Assembly (NCBI GenBank): GCA_938084645.1
Contig: CALKEP010000001.1
Span: 128,001-192,000, forward strand
From: an uncultured Phycisphaerales bacterium
GTDB lineage: Bacteria; Planctomycetota; Phycisphaerae; Phycisphaerales; SM1A02
Length of the DNA: 64,000 bases
Direction of reading: 5' to 3'
Part shown: one piece after another, positions 9,635-18,712 of the stretch
Layout of the letters: each line of letters begins with the position of its first letter
How positions within the stretch are numbered: the first letter of the stretch is position 1
Program-made: the position numbers and the translations under genes
The notes under the pieces: model-generated
Told to the model about the DNA's origin: nothing
What the model saw: the letters and a program-made list of their open reading frames with translations, nothing else
Database searches by the model: none

Positions 9635-10897
9635 ATGGCAACCACGCCAGCAGGTGATTCGAAGAAGCCGGCTTCCCGCAAGAAGGTCAAGAAGACCTCT
9701 GCGAAGTCCACCGGGAAGTCCGCCACGAAGGCGGGTGGCTCGTCGCTGGGCACGAAGAAGAAGCGACGCAAGGCCTCCGGGGTCGTGGATCCGGACGCCA
9801 AGGCGAAGATCGACGCCCGGACCGTCGATCGCATCGAGGCGCTGGGCGCGTCCGTGGTGAAGCAGAGCCTGAAACTCGCGGATCCCTTCGTGGACGTCCC
9901 CACCCGGTCGATCTCCAATGTCCGATTCAACAAGTCGAAGCGCCTCCTCGAGATGGGCGACGCGAAGCAGCGTCGAATGCTCTTCAATCTCGGGCAGGCC
10001 AAGAAGTTCATGCAGACGATGCTGGTCGCGGATGGATGTCGTGACCTGGTCCAGGCGGGAAAGACCCTCAGCCTTCGTGGCATGTACTACAAGTCGCTGC
10101 ACACCATCGCAGGCACCAAGGAGAAGACGTTCGACGGCCAGGAGGAGTCGGACGTGGTGCTCGAGGATCTCGAGGTGTCGATCGACTCCCTTCGCGAGAA
10201 CCTCCACGTCTTCGCGAAGAAGCGGGGGACGATGGTCGGCAACATCACGGTCTTCGACAACGGCGACGAGATCAACTGCCGCCGAATGGGCACGGGGGGT
10301 TACGCGATCCCCTCGATCTGCGAACCGAGCGTCATCCAGTTCGGCAAGTGCGAGGCTGATTTCGTGCTGCACGTCGAGAAGGACACGGTCTGGAGTCGAT
10401 TCAACGAGGACCGATTCTGGGAGACCCACAACTGCATCCTCACCGAGGGTTCGGGGCAGCCGCCCCGCGGCGTCCGGCGGCTCCTGCATCGCTTGAACAC
10501 GGAGCTGGGACTGCCCATCTACTGCCTGCTCGACTGTGATCCATGGGGACACTACATCTACAGCGTCATCAAGCAGGGATCGATCAACCTCGCGTACGAG
10601 AGCGGGCGAATGGCGGTGCCGGAGGCGAAGTATCTCGGAATTCGATCCGACGACTACGCACGGTGCGGGCTCTCCGACGACGTGAAGATCGAATTGAACA
10701 ATCGGGACCTCGAACGTGCGAAGCAGATCGCCGCCTATCCCTGGTTCGCCGATCGGCGGATCTGGCAGAAGGAGATCAAGCGAATGCTCTCGAACGGCTT
10801 CAAGATGGAGGTCGAGTCCCTGATCACCAAGGACATCTCGTACGTCACCGAGACCTACGTCCCCGAGCGACTCAAGGCGAAGGACTGGATCGACTGA
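9635..10897 (+). CDS. top6A: DNA topoisomerase VI subunit A (Spo11-like)
   Basis: Catalytic Tyr region LRGMYY; TOPRIM VEKD and DCDPWG; K.EVESL; RBS AAAGGA before ATG 9635. Confidence 0.96.
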   Translation: MATTPAGDSKKPASRKKVKKTSAKSTGKSATKAGGSSLGTKKKRRKASGVVDPDAKAKIDARTVDRIEALGASVVKQSLKLADPFVDVPTRSISNVRFNKSKRLLEMGDAKQRRMLFNLGQAKKFMQTMLVADGCRDLVQAGKTLSLRGMYYKSLHTIAGTKEKTFDGQEESDVVLEDLEVSIDSLRENLHVFAKKRGTMVGNITVFDNGDEINCRRMGTGGYAIPSICEPSVIQFGKCEADFVLHVEKDTVWSRFNEDRFWETHNCILTEGSGQPPRGVRRLLHRLNTELGLPIYCLLDCDPWGHYIYSVIKQGSINLAYESGRMAVPEAKYLGIRSDDYARCGLSDDVKIELNNRDLERAKQIAAYPWFADRRIWQKEIKRMLSNGFKMEVESLITKDISYVTETYVPERLKAKDWID

Positions 10898-11756
10898 TCT
10901 CTTCGGTTCGATCCCCGGTCGAACCGTCCGGGATGTTCCGGGGCAGGGAGATCGTGAAGTCGCTTCCCCGGCCGGCGAGCACGTCGAGGCTGATTCGGCC
11001 GCCGTGCTCCTCCGCGATTCGGCGGGCGGTGGGGAGGCCGAGTCCCGAGCCGCCATGCGTGCCGCTGACGTAGGGATGGAAGATCGTGTCCCGCATCTCC
11101 TCGGGCACGCCCGGCCCGCTGTCGATGACGTGCACGGAGACGTCCGCGTCCGTCGCGGTGATCCTGACCAGCAGCTCCCGAGGGCGTTCCGGGGGGTTCC
11201 CCTCCATCGCATGAACGGCGTTGATCAGGATGTTGAGCAACGCCTGCTTGAACATCGCCGCGTCCATCTCGGCCTCGATCGGATGACCGGGAAGGTCGGG
11301 TCGAAGGACGACTTCGGCGGCGTCGGCCTGCGGATGGAAGAAGTCAAGGACGTCCTCGACGACACGGACCAGGTCCGTCGGTTCCCGATCGAGCTGGAAC
11401 CGGCCAGCGAAACGAAGGAAGTCGGCGAGGATCGTGCGGAGCCGATCGGCTTCGCGGACGAGGGCGTCCACTCGTCGGAGCATCGGGGTCGTCTCGTCTT
11501 CGGGCGCATCGAGATCCCGGATCGCCTCCTCCACGAGCTGCGCGTTGAGAATCACCGTCGATAGGGGATTCTTGATCTCGTGTGCGAGGCCGCCCGTGAG
11601 CGAGCCGAGTTCGGCGAGCCGCTCCGCGTCGGCGGCGCGTCGTTCGGCTTCCCGTGCCCGTTGCTCGCGGATCGAGATCGCGCGCCGGGCCGCCGCCGCG
11701 ACGATCGCTGCGCCAAGCACGAGGCCGGTGATCACACCCCAGATGAACGGGCTCAT
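10872..11756 (-). CDS. Sensor histidine kinase (single N-terminal TM, HisKA + HATPase)
   Basis: H-box LAHEIKNPL, N-box NILINAVHA, DSGPG, GSGLGL. Confidence 0.92.
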   Translation of the reverse strand: MSPFIWGVITGLVLGAAIVAAAARRAISIREQRAREAERRAADAERLAELGSLTGGLAHEIKNPLSTVILNAQLVEEAIRDLDAPEDETTPMLRRVDALVREADRLRTILADFLRFAGRFQLDREPTDLVRVVEDVLDFFHPQADAAEVVLRPDLPGHPIEAEMDAAMFKQALLNILINAVHAMEGNPPERPRELLVRITATDADVSVHVIDSGPGVPEEMRDTIFHPYVSGTHGGSGLGLPTARRIAEEHGGRISLDVLAGRGSDFTISLPRNIPDGSTGDRTEEISRSSPSP

Positions 11757-11790
11757 CGCATCTGCGCTCCAGAAGGCTCGTGATGAAGAA

Positions 11791-11823
11791 CGACCCGCGG
11801 GCCGGAGATCGGCCGGCGGGTCG
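11791..11823 (-). terminator. Terminator hairpin after the cold-shock gene
   Basis: CGACCCGC.GGCCG-loop-CGGCC.GCGGGTCG followed by TTCTTC on the minus strand. Confidence 0.6.
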
Positions 11824-11867
11824 ATTCGATCATCTGCGCCATTCGCGAGATCCGTCGCCTCACTCGA

Positions 11868-12167
11868 TCAGTCGGTCGACGGTTCGGTCGTGACCGCGGC
11901 GTCGGGCTTGGCTTCGGTCATGGACCCCTGGGCGGCACGCGTCTCCACGGCACGGGCCTTGGTCGCCGACCAGCCCTTGGCCCCGTCGTTTGCGTCGTAG
12001 ATCACCCGTTCGCCGTCACGGAACGTTCGGAAGCCCTCTTCCTGTTCGATGACGGTGAAGTGCACGAAGATGTCCTGACCCTCCGGGCCGACGATGAAGC
12101 CGTAGCCCTTTCGGGGATCGAACCATTTGATTTCGCCTTCGATTTCAATCAGGTTCGTATCAGACAT
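11868..12167 (-). CDS. Cold-shock domain protein (CspD-like) with C-terminal tail
   Basis: GEIKWFD..KGYGFI (RNP1), DIFVHF (RNP2); start MSDTNLIE. Confidence 0.92.
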   Translation of the reverse strand: MSDTNLIEIEGEIKWFDPRKGYGFIVGPEGQDIFVHFTVIEQEEGFRTFRDGERVIYDANDGAKGWSATKARAVETRAAQGSMTEAKPDAAVTTEPSTD

Positions 12168-12492
12168 GTCTGGAATTCTCTCATCAGAGGGTGGTTCATG
12201 GGGTCGACTTTGCCGAACCCGTTGCGGTTCCCGCGGAGCGACGTGGTCGTCTCCGCATCCACCGGGAAGTGGCGTCTTCGGGCCGCTCCATCGGTGATGG
12301 ATACTCAACAAGCCCACAACAACTGACGTCTCTCTCCGGTTCCCAGATTCTCCGGATAAGGCCCACTTTTCGCAACCCTTGTTTCGCGAGATTCCGGGAA
12401 CTCCCTCGGATACGTGCAAAACTTCGATTCCGACGCGATTGCCCACAAGCGATTCAGAAGCCGGGCGGCCAGTACCGTCCTAGCGCAAGAAA

Positions 12493-12523
12493 AGGCCCCG
12501 AACCACATGTTGGTTCGGGGCCT
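12493..12523 (-). terminator. Rho-independent terminator after pnp
   Basis: 13-bp stem AGGCCCCGAACCA / TGGTTCGGGGCCT followed by TTTCTT on the minus strand. Confidence 0.85.
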
Positions 12524-12550
12524 CGACGTTCAAAATCAGGGTTCTGGGGA

Positions 12551-14770
12551 TCAGGCCGGGGCTTCCGAACGGCCACCGCCTCGGCGTCCGCCGCTGCGTC
12601 GACCACCGTCACCATCGCTGTCTCCCTCGCCGTCGGCCGGCGGATCCATCAGTGCCCGTCGGGAGAGCTTGATACGGCCCGTGTCGTCGACGTTGATGAC
12701 CTTGACCTTCACGGAGTCGCCGATTGACACGATGTCACTCACGGACTTCACGAAGCCGTGGGCGAGCTCGGAGATGTGGCACATGCCATCGGTGCCGGGT
12801 GCGAGTTCGATGAAGGCACCGAAATCCTTGACCGACACGACCTTGCCGTCGTACACGGTTCCGACGCGGATCTCCGCGCCGAGGGCTTCCACTTCAGCCT
12901 TGCACTGCAGCCCCATTTCGCCATCGGTCGAGCCGATGAGCACGGTGCCGTCCTCTTCCACGTCGATCGAGCAGCCGGTCCGCTCCTGAATGCCGCGGAT
13001 CGTCTTGCCACCGGGGCCGATGAGCTTGCCGATCTTGTCGGGGTCGATCTTGACGGTGATGATCCGGGGGGCGTACATGGAGATGTCCTCGCGGGGGGCC
13101 GCAAGCACCGACTCCATCTGCTCGATGATCTGGAGTCGACCTTCCTTCGCCTGGGCGAAGATCACGCCGATCTCGTCGATGTCGAGGCCGAGGGCCTTGA
13201 GGTCGAGCTGGATGCCGGTGATGCCCTCGCGGGTGCCGGAGACCTTGAAGTCCATCTCGCCGAAGAAGTCTTCTTCGCCGAGGATGTCCGTGACGTGGCT
13301 CACCTTGCCGTCGGCGGAGGTGAACCGTCCGACGGAGATGCCCGCACAGGTGTTCCGGATCGGAACGCCTGCATCCATGAGGGCGAGGCAGCCGCCGCAC
13401 ACCGACGCCATGCTCGAGGAGCCGTTGGATTCGGTGATGTCGCTGACCAGCCGGATGGTGTACGGGAAGTCGTCGGTGCTGGGGATGATCCCGAGCAGCG
13501 ATCGCTCCGCGAGGGCGCCGTGGCCGACTTCACGACGACCGGGGCCCATGATGCGGCCGGCTTCGCCGACGCAGAACGGGGGGAAGTTGTAGTGGAGGTA
13601 GAACTTCTTCGCGTACTCGGGAAGCAGTCCGTCCACGATCTGCTCGGCCTTGTTGGTGCCGAGGGCGCAGGTCACGAGTGACTGGGTCTCGCCACGCTGG
13701 AAGAAGGCCGAGCCATGGGTCCGGCTGAAGATCCCGGGTTCCATCTCGATCGGGCGGATCTCCTTGAGACCCCGGCCGTCGGCCCGGATGCCGTGCTCGG
13801 CGACGAGCATGTGGGTGATCTTCTTCTCGAGGGTCCGGAAGGCGTCCTTCGCCTGGGAACGATTGTCCTCGGCGGCCTTGTACTCGGCGTAGGGCGCGTC
13901 CTGCGGAAGCGGGAAGCACTCGTGGAGGGCCTCTTCGCGGAGGGCGCCGACCGCGGCGTTTCGCTCCTTCTTGCTCGCGATCTTCCGGGCTTCGACCAGT
14001 CGGTCGTAGACCTGGTCCTTCACGGCCTTCATGACTTCCTCGGAGGGAAGGTGGAGCTTGCCGGCGTTCGCCTCGGGGGCGCCGCACTTCTCGCGGAGCT
14101 CGAGGACGAGTTCGACGATGGGCTTGATGCCCTCTTCGTGGCCGAAGCGGATCGCTTCGAGCACCACGTCATCCTCGACCTCGGCGGCACCGACCTCGAT
14201 CATGTTGATGCCGTTCGGATGGCCGGAGAGAACGAGGTCCAGATCCGAGTATTCCATCTGTGCGACGGTCGGGTTGAGGACGAAGACCTCGCCGTCGTCG
14301 GTCAGGATCCGGCCGACGCGGACGGTGGCGACCGGGCCCATGAACGGGGCGTCGGTGAGGCAGACCGCGGCGGAGCCGGCGGTGCAGGCGAGCACGTCGG
14401 TGTCGTTCTGGCCGTCGTGGCTCATGACCCACGCCTGGATCTGGATCTCGTCGATGAATCCGTCCGGGAAGAGGGGGCGGATGGGACGGTCCATCATCCG
14501 CATGGTGAGGACTTCCTTCTCGTTCGGAGCGCCTTCACGCTTGCGGAAACCGCCGGGGAACTTGCCCGCGGCGGTCAGCTTCTCGCGGTAGTCGCACTGA
14601 AGGGGGAAGAAGTCGATTCCCGGTCGGGGGTTCGCCCGGACGCAGGTGGCCATGACGGTGGAATCGGCGTAGCTCGCCATGACGGCGCCGGACGCGAGCC
14701 TGGCGACGCGACCGGTCTCGAGTCGCAGGATGCGACCGCCGATCTCTCGTTCAACGAAAGTGACTGGCAT
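12551..14770 (-). CDS. pnp: Polyribonucleotide nucleotidyltransferase (PNPase)
   Basis: DFFPL.CDYREK, RTHGSAFFQRGETQ, RREVGHG.LAER, SNGSSSMASVC, KH GKLIGPGG, C-terminal S1 domain. Confidence 0.98.
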   Translation of the reverse strand: MPVTFVEREIGGRILRLETGRVARLASGAVMASYADSTVMATCVRANPRPGIDFFPLQCDYREKLTAAGKFPGGFRKREGAPNEKEVLTMRMMDRPIRPLFPDGFIDEIQIQAWVMSHDGQNDTDVLACTAGSAAVCLTDAPFMGPVATVRVGRILTDDGEVFVLNPTVAQMEYSDLDLVLSGHPNGINMIEVGAAEVEDDVVLEAIRFGHEEGIKPIVELVLELREKCGAPEANAGKLHLPSEEVMKAVKDQVYDRLVEARKIASKKERNAAVGALREEALHECFPLPQDAPYAEYKAAEDNRSQAKDAFRTLEKKITHMLVAEHGIRADGRGLKEIRPIEMEPGIFSRTHGSAFFQRGETQSLVTCALGTNKAEQIVDGLLPEYAKKFYLHYNFPPFCVGEAGRIMGPGRREVGHGALAERSLLGIIPSTDDFPYTIRLVSDITESNGSSSMASVCGGCLALMDAGVPIRNTCAGISVGRFTSADGKVSHVTDILGEEDFFGEMDFKVSGTREGITGIQLDLKALGLDIDEIGVIFAQAKEGRLQIIEQMESVLAAPREDISMYAPRIITVKIDPDKIGKLIGPGGKTIRGIQERTGCSIDVEEDGTVLIGSTDGEMGLQCKAEVEALGAEIRVGTVYDGKVVSVKDFGAFIELAPGTDGMCHISELAHGFVKSVSDIVSIGDSVKVKVINVDDTGRIKLSRRALMDPPADGEGDSDGDGGRRSGGRRGGGRSEAPA

Positions 14771-14968
14771 GGTTGCCTCTCTTTTTCACATGCTGATCGC
14801 GGGCATCGGGCCCGGGATCGCGGGGTGAGCGCGGCAACGTAGAGTCGGTGCCACGCGCGGGATCGCGAAACCGCGTCCTGGGGCAGAGGGCGGAGCGCAG
14901 CCGTGAAATGAACCCACACTGCGCACCGTCGACTGCCGCTGAAAGCGGCCGTCGCGGTAGATTTCGAC

Positions 14969-15238
14969 CTACTTGCGGAGGCCGAGCTTCTTGATGGTCT
15001 CGAGGTAGGAGTCGCGGTTCTTTCGCTGGAGATAGCGAAGGAGGCTGTTACGACGGCTCACCATCGCCAGAAGTCCACGTCGTGACGAGTGATCGTGCTT
15101 GTGGTCGGCGAAGTGATCCTGGAGGGTCTTGATCCGGTCGGTGAGGACCGCGATCTGGACCTCGGGCGATCCCGTGTCGGAATCGTGTCGGCCGTGATCC
15201 TTGCGGACCTCGGCCTTGCGGGCGAGTGAAATGCTCAT
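14969..15238 (-). CDS. rpsO: 30S ribosomal protein S15
   Basis: DTGSPEVQIAVLT, HKHDHSSRRGLL; 89 aa; conserved rpsO-pnp order. Confidence 0.98.
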   Translation of the reverse strand: MSISLARKAEVRKDHGRHDSDTGSPEVQIAVLTDRIKTLQDHFADHKHDHSSRRGLLAMVSRRNSLLRYLQRKNRDSYLETIKKLGLRK

Positions 15239-15325
15239 GAGCTTCTTCGATCCTGTCGTTGCGTTGGGAGGCCGTCTCGGCCACCGTCAGTGTGATGAGT
15301 TCTCTGCTGATTTCTCGAATCGAAG

Positions 15326-15353
15326 ATTGTAGCGATCCCCCGTGGCCGGGCAA
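15326..15353 (-). promoter_or_regulatory. Putative sigma70-type promoter for rpsO-pnp
   Basis: Minus strand TTGCCC-N16-TACAAT. Confidence 0.5.
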
Positions 15354-15500
15354 CCCCGGATCTTCCCGGACCTTCGTGATGGGGCCTCAAGGCGGTAAAC
15401 TCTGGACGGTTCGGTCTCTAAACCCGTTTTTCAGGTCTGCAAACCCCTCATCCCCGGTCCGAGACCGCGGTTCAGGCCCTCGGAGGCACTCGAGAGCACC

Positions 15501-17132
15501 ATGGCGTCCGAAACTCTCCAACAGGCGATCGAGGCGATGTCGGCACAAGCCGACCAGATCCGGCTCGGCGGCGGCCCCAAGGGCATTGAACGGCAGCATC
15601 GTCACGGAAGGCTCACGGCGCGGGAGCGCATCGATCGGCTCGTCGATCCGGACGCCCCTCGTTTCGAATGCGGGCTCTTCGCCGCCGCCGGCATGTACGA
15701 GGAGTTCGGAGGGGCGCCGTCCGCCGGCGTGGTGACCGAGATCGGCCAGGTCGGGGGACGACCGGCCATGATCGTCGCGAACGACGCCACGGTGAAGGCC
15801 GGCGCGTTCTTCCCGATGACCTGCAAGAAGATCATCCGAGCCCAGGTCATCGCCCAGGCGGCGCGGCTTCCGCTGATCTACCTCGTGGACAGCGCGGGGG
15901 TGTTCCTTCCGCTTCAGGAGGACGTCTTCCCCGATACCGACGACTTCGGCCGGATCTTCCGGAACAACGCGGTGATCAGCGCAAGTGGTATTCCACAGAT
16001 CGCCGCGATCATGGGGAACTGCGTCGCGGGCGGGGGATATCTCCCGGTGCTCTGCGACACCCTGCTCATGACCGAGGGCAGCGGGCTCTACCTCGCCGGG
16101 CCCGCACTGGTCAAGGCCGCGATCGGTCAGGAGGTCGACAGCGAGGAACTCGGCGGGGCGGCGATGCACGCGGAGATCTCCGGCACCATCGATTTCCGCG
16201 AGAAGGACGACGAGGCCTGCATCGCCCGGCTGCAGCGACTGATGCTCGCCTGCATGTCGGCGCGGACGCGACCCGAGCCGCCGTTCCCCCTCGCGGCACC
16301 GGCCCGTGCGGAAGCGGAGATCCTCGACGTCTTCGATCCGGATCCCGGTCGGCAGTACGACATGCGGGACCTGCTCGAATGCGTCGTCGACGGCGACTCC
16401 TACGACGAGTATCGGGCCGATTTCGGCCGCTCGCTGGTGTGCGGGTACGCCCGGATAGAGGGAAGACCCTGTGGGATCGTCGCCAACCAGCGGATGATGA
16501 CCAAGCGGAAGATGCCGGGTGGCAAGGCGGGGCCTTCCGAAGCGGTGAACATGCCCGCGGTGATCTACGACGACGCCGCCGACAAGACGGCCCGCTTCAT
16601 CATGGACTGCAACCAGAAGCGGATCCCGATCATCTTCGTCCACGACACCACCGGATTCATGGTGGGGCGTGACAGCGAGCAGGGCGGGATCATCCGCGCC
16701 GGTGCCAAGCTGGTCAATGCGATGAGCAACTGCGTCGTTCCCAAGATCTCGTTGTTGATCAATGCGAGCTACGGGGCTGGAAACTACGCGATGTGCGGCC
16801 GCGCCTTCGACCCGTTCCTCACGCTGGCCTGGCCGAACGCGCGATGCGCCGTGATGGGCGCGGCGCAGGCGGCGAACGTGCTGCTTCAGATCGACCTCGC
16901 AGCCCGAAAGCGGCGCGGCGAGGAGGTCGACGAGACCACTCGGGCCGAGTTGCTCGCCGCGATCACCGCGAGCTATTCGGAGCAGCAGGACGTGCTCTAC
17001 GGCGCGGCACGCGGGTGGGTCGATCGAATGATCGATCCGGTGAAGACGCGCCGGGAGCTCGGCGAGGCGCTGATGCTCGCCGATGGGTGCGATACCTCGG
17101 GCCCATTCGCGACCGGCGTGCTCCAGACCTGA
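15501..17132 (+). CDS. Acyl-CoA carboxylase carboxyltransferase (beta) subunit, MCC/PCC-like
   Basis: GRLTARERI, ANDATVKAG, YLVDSAG, GNCVAGGGY, GFMVG..SE..GII, SYGAGNYAMCGR. Confidence 0.93.
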   Translation: MASETLQQAIEAMSAQADQIRLGGGPKGIERQHRHGRLTARERIDRLVDPDAPRFECGLFAAAGMYEEFGGAPSAGVVTEIGQVGGRPAMIVANDATVKAGAFFPMTCKKIIRAQVIAQAARLPLIYLVDSAGVFLPLQEDVFPDTDDFGRIFRNNAVISASGIPQIAAIMGNCVAGGGYLPVLCDTLLMTEGSGLYLAGPALVKAAIGQEVDSEELGGAAMHAEISGTIDFREKDDEACIARLQRLMLACMSARTRPEPPFPLAAPARAEAEILDVFDPDPGRQYDMRDLLECVVDGDSYDEYRADFGRSLVCGYARIEGRPCGIVANQRMMTKRKMPGGKAGPSEAVNMPAVIYDDAADKTARFIMDCNQKRIPIIFVHDTTGFMVGRDSEQGGIIRAGAKLVNAMSNCVVPKISLLINASYGAGNYAMCGRAFDPFLTLAWPNARCAVMGAAQAANVLLQIDLAARKRRGEEVDETTRAELLAAITASYSEQQDVLYGAARGWVDRMIDPVKTRRELGEALMLADGCDTSGPFATGVLQT

Positions 17133-17155
17133 TTCGCCTCGGGCGTGTCGCTCGT

Positions 17156-17950
17156 TCAGCTCGTGCGTCGTCGGCTTCGGAGGAGTCCGCCGATGCCCAG
17201 CAGGGCGATCGCACCCGGGGCGGGGATCGACGTGTACTCCACGATAAGCTCGGGTCGGAGCGTCGCGTCGCCGATGAACATCGAGTCGAATCGGAACGTC
17301 GTTCCGTTGCCCGTCTCATCCCCGAGGATCAACCAGCCGAAGCGATTCGCGTCGCCGTCGATCATCGATTGAAGATCTTCGACGAGCCCCGCGCCGCTCC
17401 ATGACTTCCACCCGGTGCCTTCGAGCAGGCTCGACGCGGAGGCGTCGGCCGCGAAGTCGCCGCCCGGGGTGGCCCAGGCCACGGTGTCGTAGAACGCGCT
17501 GTCCCACGTGGCGGAGCCGGGCGTCGCGGGACCGCCGCCGCCTTCGCCGCCCCCGGCGTCGGTCGTGCCCACGCCCCAGTCCGCGAGCAGTCGATGCAGG
17601 CCGACGTTCGACGGTGCGGCGTTCGTCTGCGACACGTGGAGCCGCAGGGTCACGGATTCGATCGTGACGGGGCCGGCGAGCAACGGGGCGAGGTCGAAGT
17701 CGATCAGGCCGCGGCGTCGGAATCCCTGATTCGTCACCCCGGCGAACAGATGTTGTCCGAGGCCGTTCGCTCGTGCGCCGCCATCGGTCTCATAGAGGGT
17801 GCCGTGTCGATCCGACTGCAACGTCACCAGGTCGGCGGACGCCGAGCCGGCGACCGAACCGAGTGAAATGGCGACGAGCGTCGGAATCGCGATTGCTCCG
17901 ACGACGGACTGCCTGACGGGGGTCTTGGGAATCACGGGGGAGAACTCCAT
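17156..17950 (-). CDS. Exported surface protein with PEP-CTERM-like (PAPG) sorting tail; DNRLRE-like domain
   Basis: Signal peptide ending ASA-D; RRGLIDFDL and RPELIVEY; C-terminus IPAPGAIALLGIGGLLRSRRRTS; start uncertain. Confidence 0.8.
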   Translation of the reverse strand: MEFSPVIPKTPVRQSVVGAIAIPTLVAISLGSVAGSASADLVTLQSDRHGTLYETDGGARANGLGQHLFAGVTNQGFRRRGLIDFDLAPLLAGPVTIESVTLRLHVSQTNAAPSNVGLHRLLADWGVGTTDAGGGEGGGGPATPGSATWDSAFYDTVAWATPGGDFAADASASSLLEGTGWKSWSGAGLVEDLQSMIDGDANRFGWLILGDETGNGTTFRFDSMFIGDATLRPELIVEYTSIPAPGAIALLGIGGLLRSRRRTS

Positions 17951-18093
17951 GGAGAGGGGTGTTCTAGACCATGCCGTCGAACCGGCGAATCGCCAGTCGG
18001 CGACCCGAAAATCGATTCGAAACCCCGGTTCGGAGTCCGAATCGTCCATACCATGGAGTCTTACGGACCCTCAAGCACCCCGGAGCGGACGTC

Positions 18094-18711
18094 GTGGACG
18101 AAATCCTGCTGGCCAGCGGAAACCCGCACAAGTTGGAGGAGGTCAGGGCGGTTCTGGAGCCGATCGGCCTTCGCGTCATCGGTCTCGACGAACTGGAGAC
18201 GGTGCCCGAGGAGCCGGATGAGGACGGCGTCACGTTCGAGGCGAACGCCCGGATCAAGGCGATCGCCTATGCCCGTGCCACGGGTCGTGTTTCACTCGCG
18301 GATGATTCCGGCCTCGAGGTCGATGCCCTCGGCGGCGAGCCGGGCGTGCGGAGCGCCCGCTGGTCGGGCGTCGAGGGTGAGCGCGAGGTTCGTGATGCGG
18401 CGAACAACCGGAAACTCGTGGAATCGCTTCGGGCGGTCCCGGAGGCGGATCGCGCCGCCCGGTTCGTCTGCGCGATGTGTCTCGCCAGCCCCGATGGCAC
18501 GGTGCTGGCCGAGACCCGCGGGACCTTCGACGGCACCGTGATCCTCGAGCCGCGGGGCGGAAACGGATTCGGCTACGACCCGTATCTGCTGTTGCCGGAC
18601 GAAGACCGCACCAGCGCCGAGCTGTCGCCGGCCGAGAAGAACGCTCGAAGTCATCGTGGCGTCGCGACCCGGGCGATGGCGCCGTTGATCGAGGCCCTGG
18701 GACGATCCTGA
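18094..18711 (+). CDS. rdgB: Non-canonical purine NTP pyrophosphatase (RdgB/HAM1)
   Basis: ASGNPHKLEE, TFEANARIKA, ADDSGL, GFGYDP, EKNARSHR; GTG at 18094. Confidence 0.95.
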   Translation: MDEILLASGNPHKLEEVRAVLEPIGLRVIGLDELETVPEEPDEDGVTFEANARIKAIAYARATGRVSLADDSGLEVDALGGEPGVRSARWSGVEGEREVRDAANNRKLVESLRAVPEADRAARFVCAMCLASPDGTVLAETRGTFDGTVILEPRGGNGFGYDPYLLLPDEDRTSAELSPAEKNARSHRGVATRAMAPLIEALGRS

Positions 18712-18712
18712 C

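Noticed and set aside
7443..11212. 542-aa and 618-aa minus-strand ORFs opposite top6B/top6A
   Set aside because: Shadow ORFs of conserved genes.
15244..15326. 10-bp long-range stem enclosing the rpsO leader
   Set aside because: The 5' arm overlaps the putative -10/TSS region, so it would mostly not be transcribed from that promoter.
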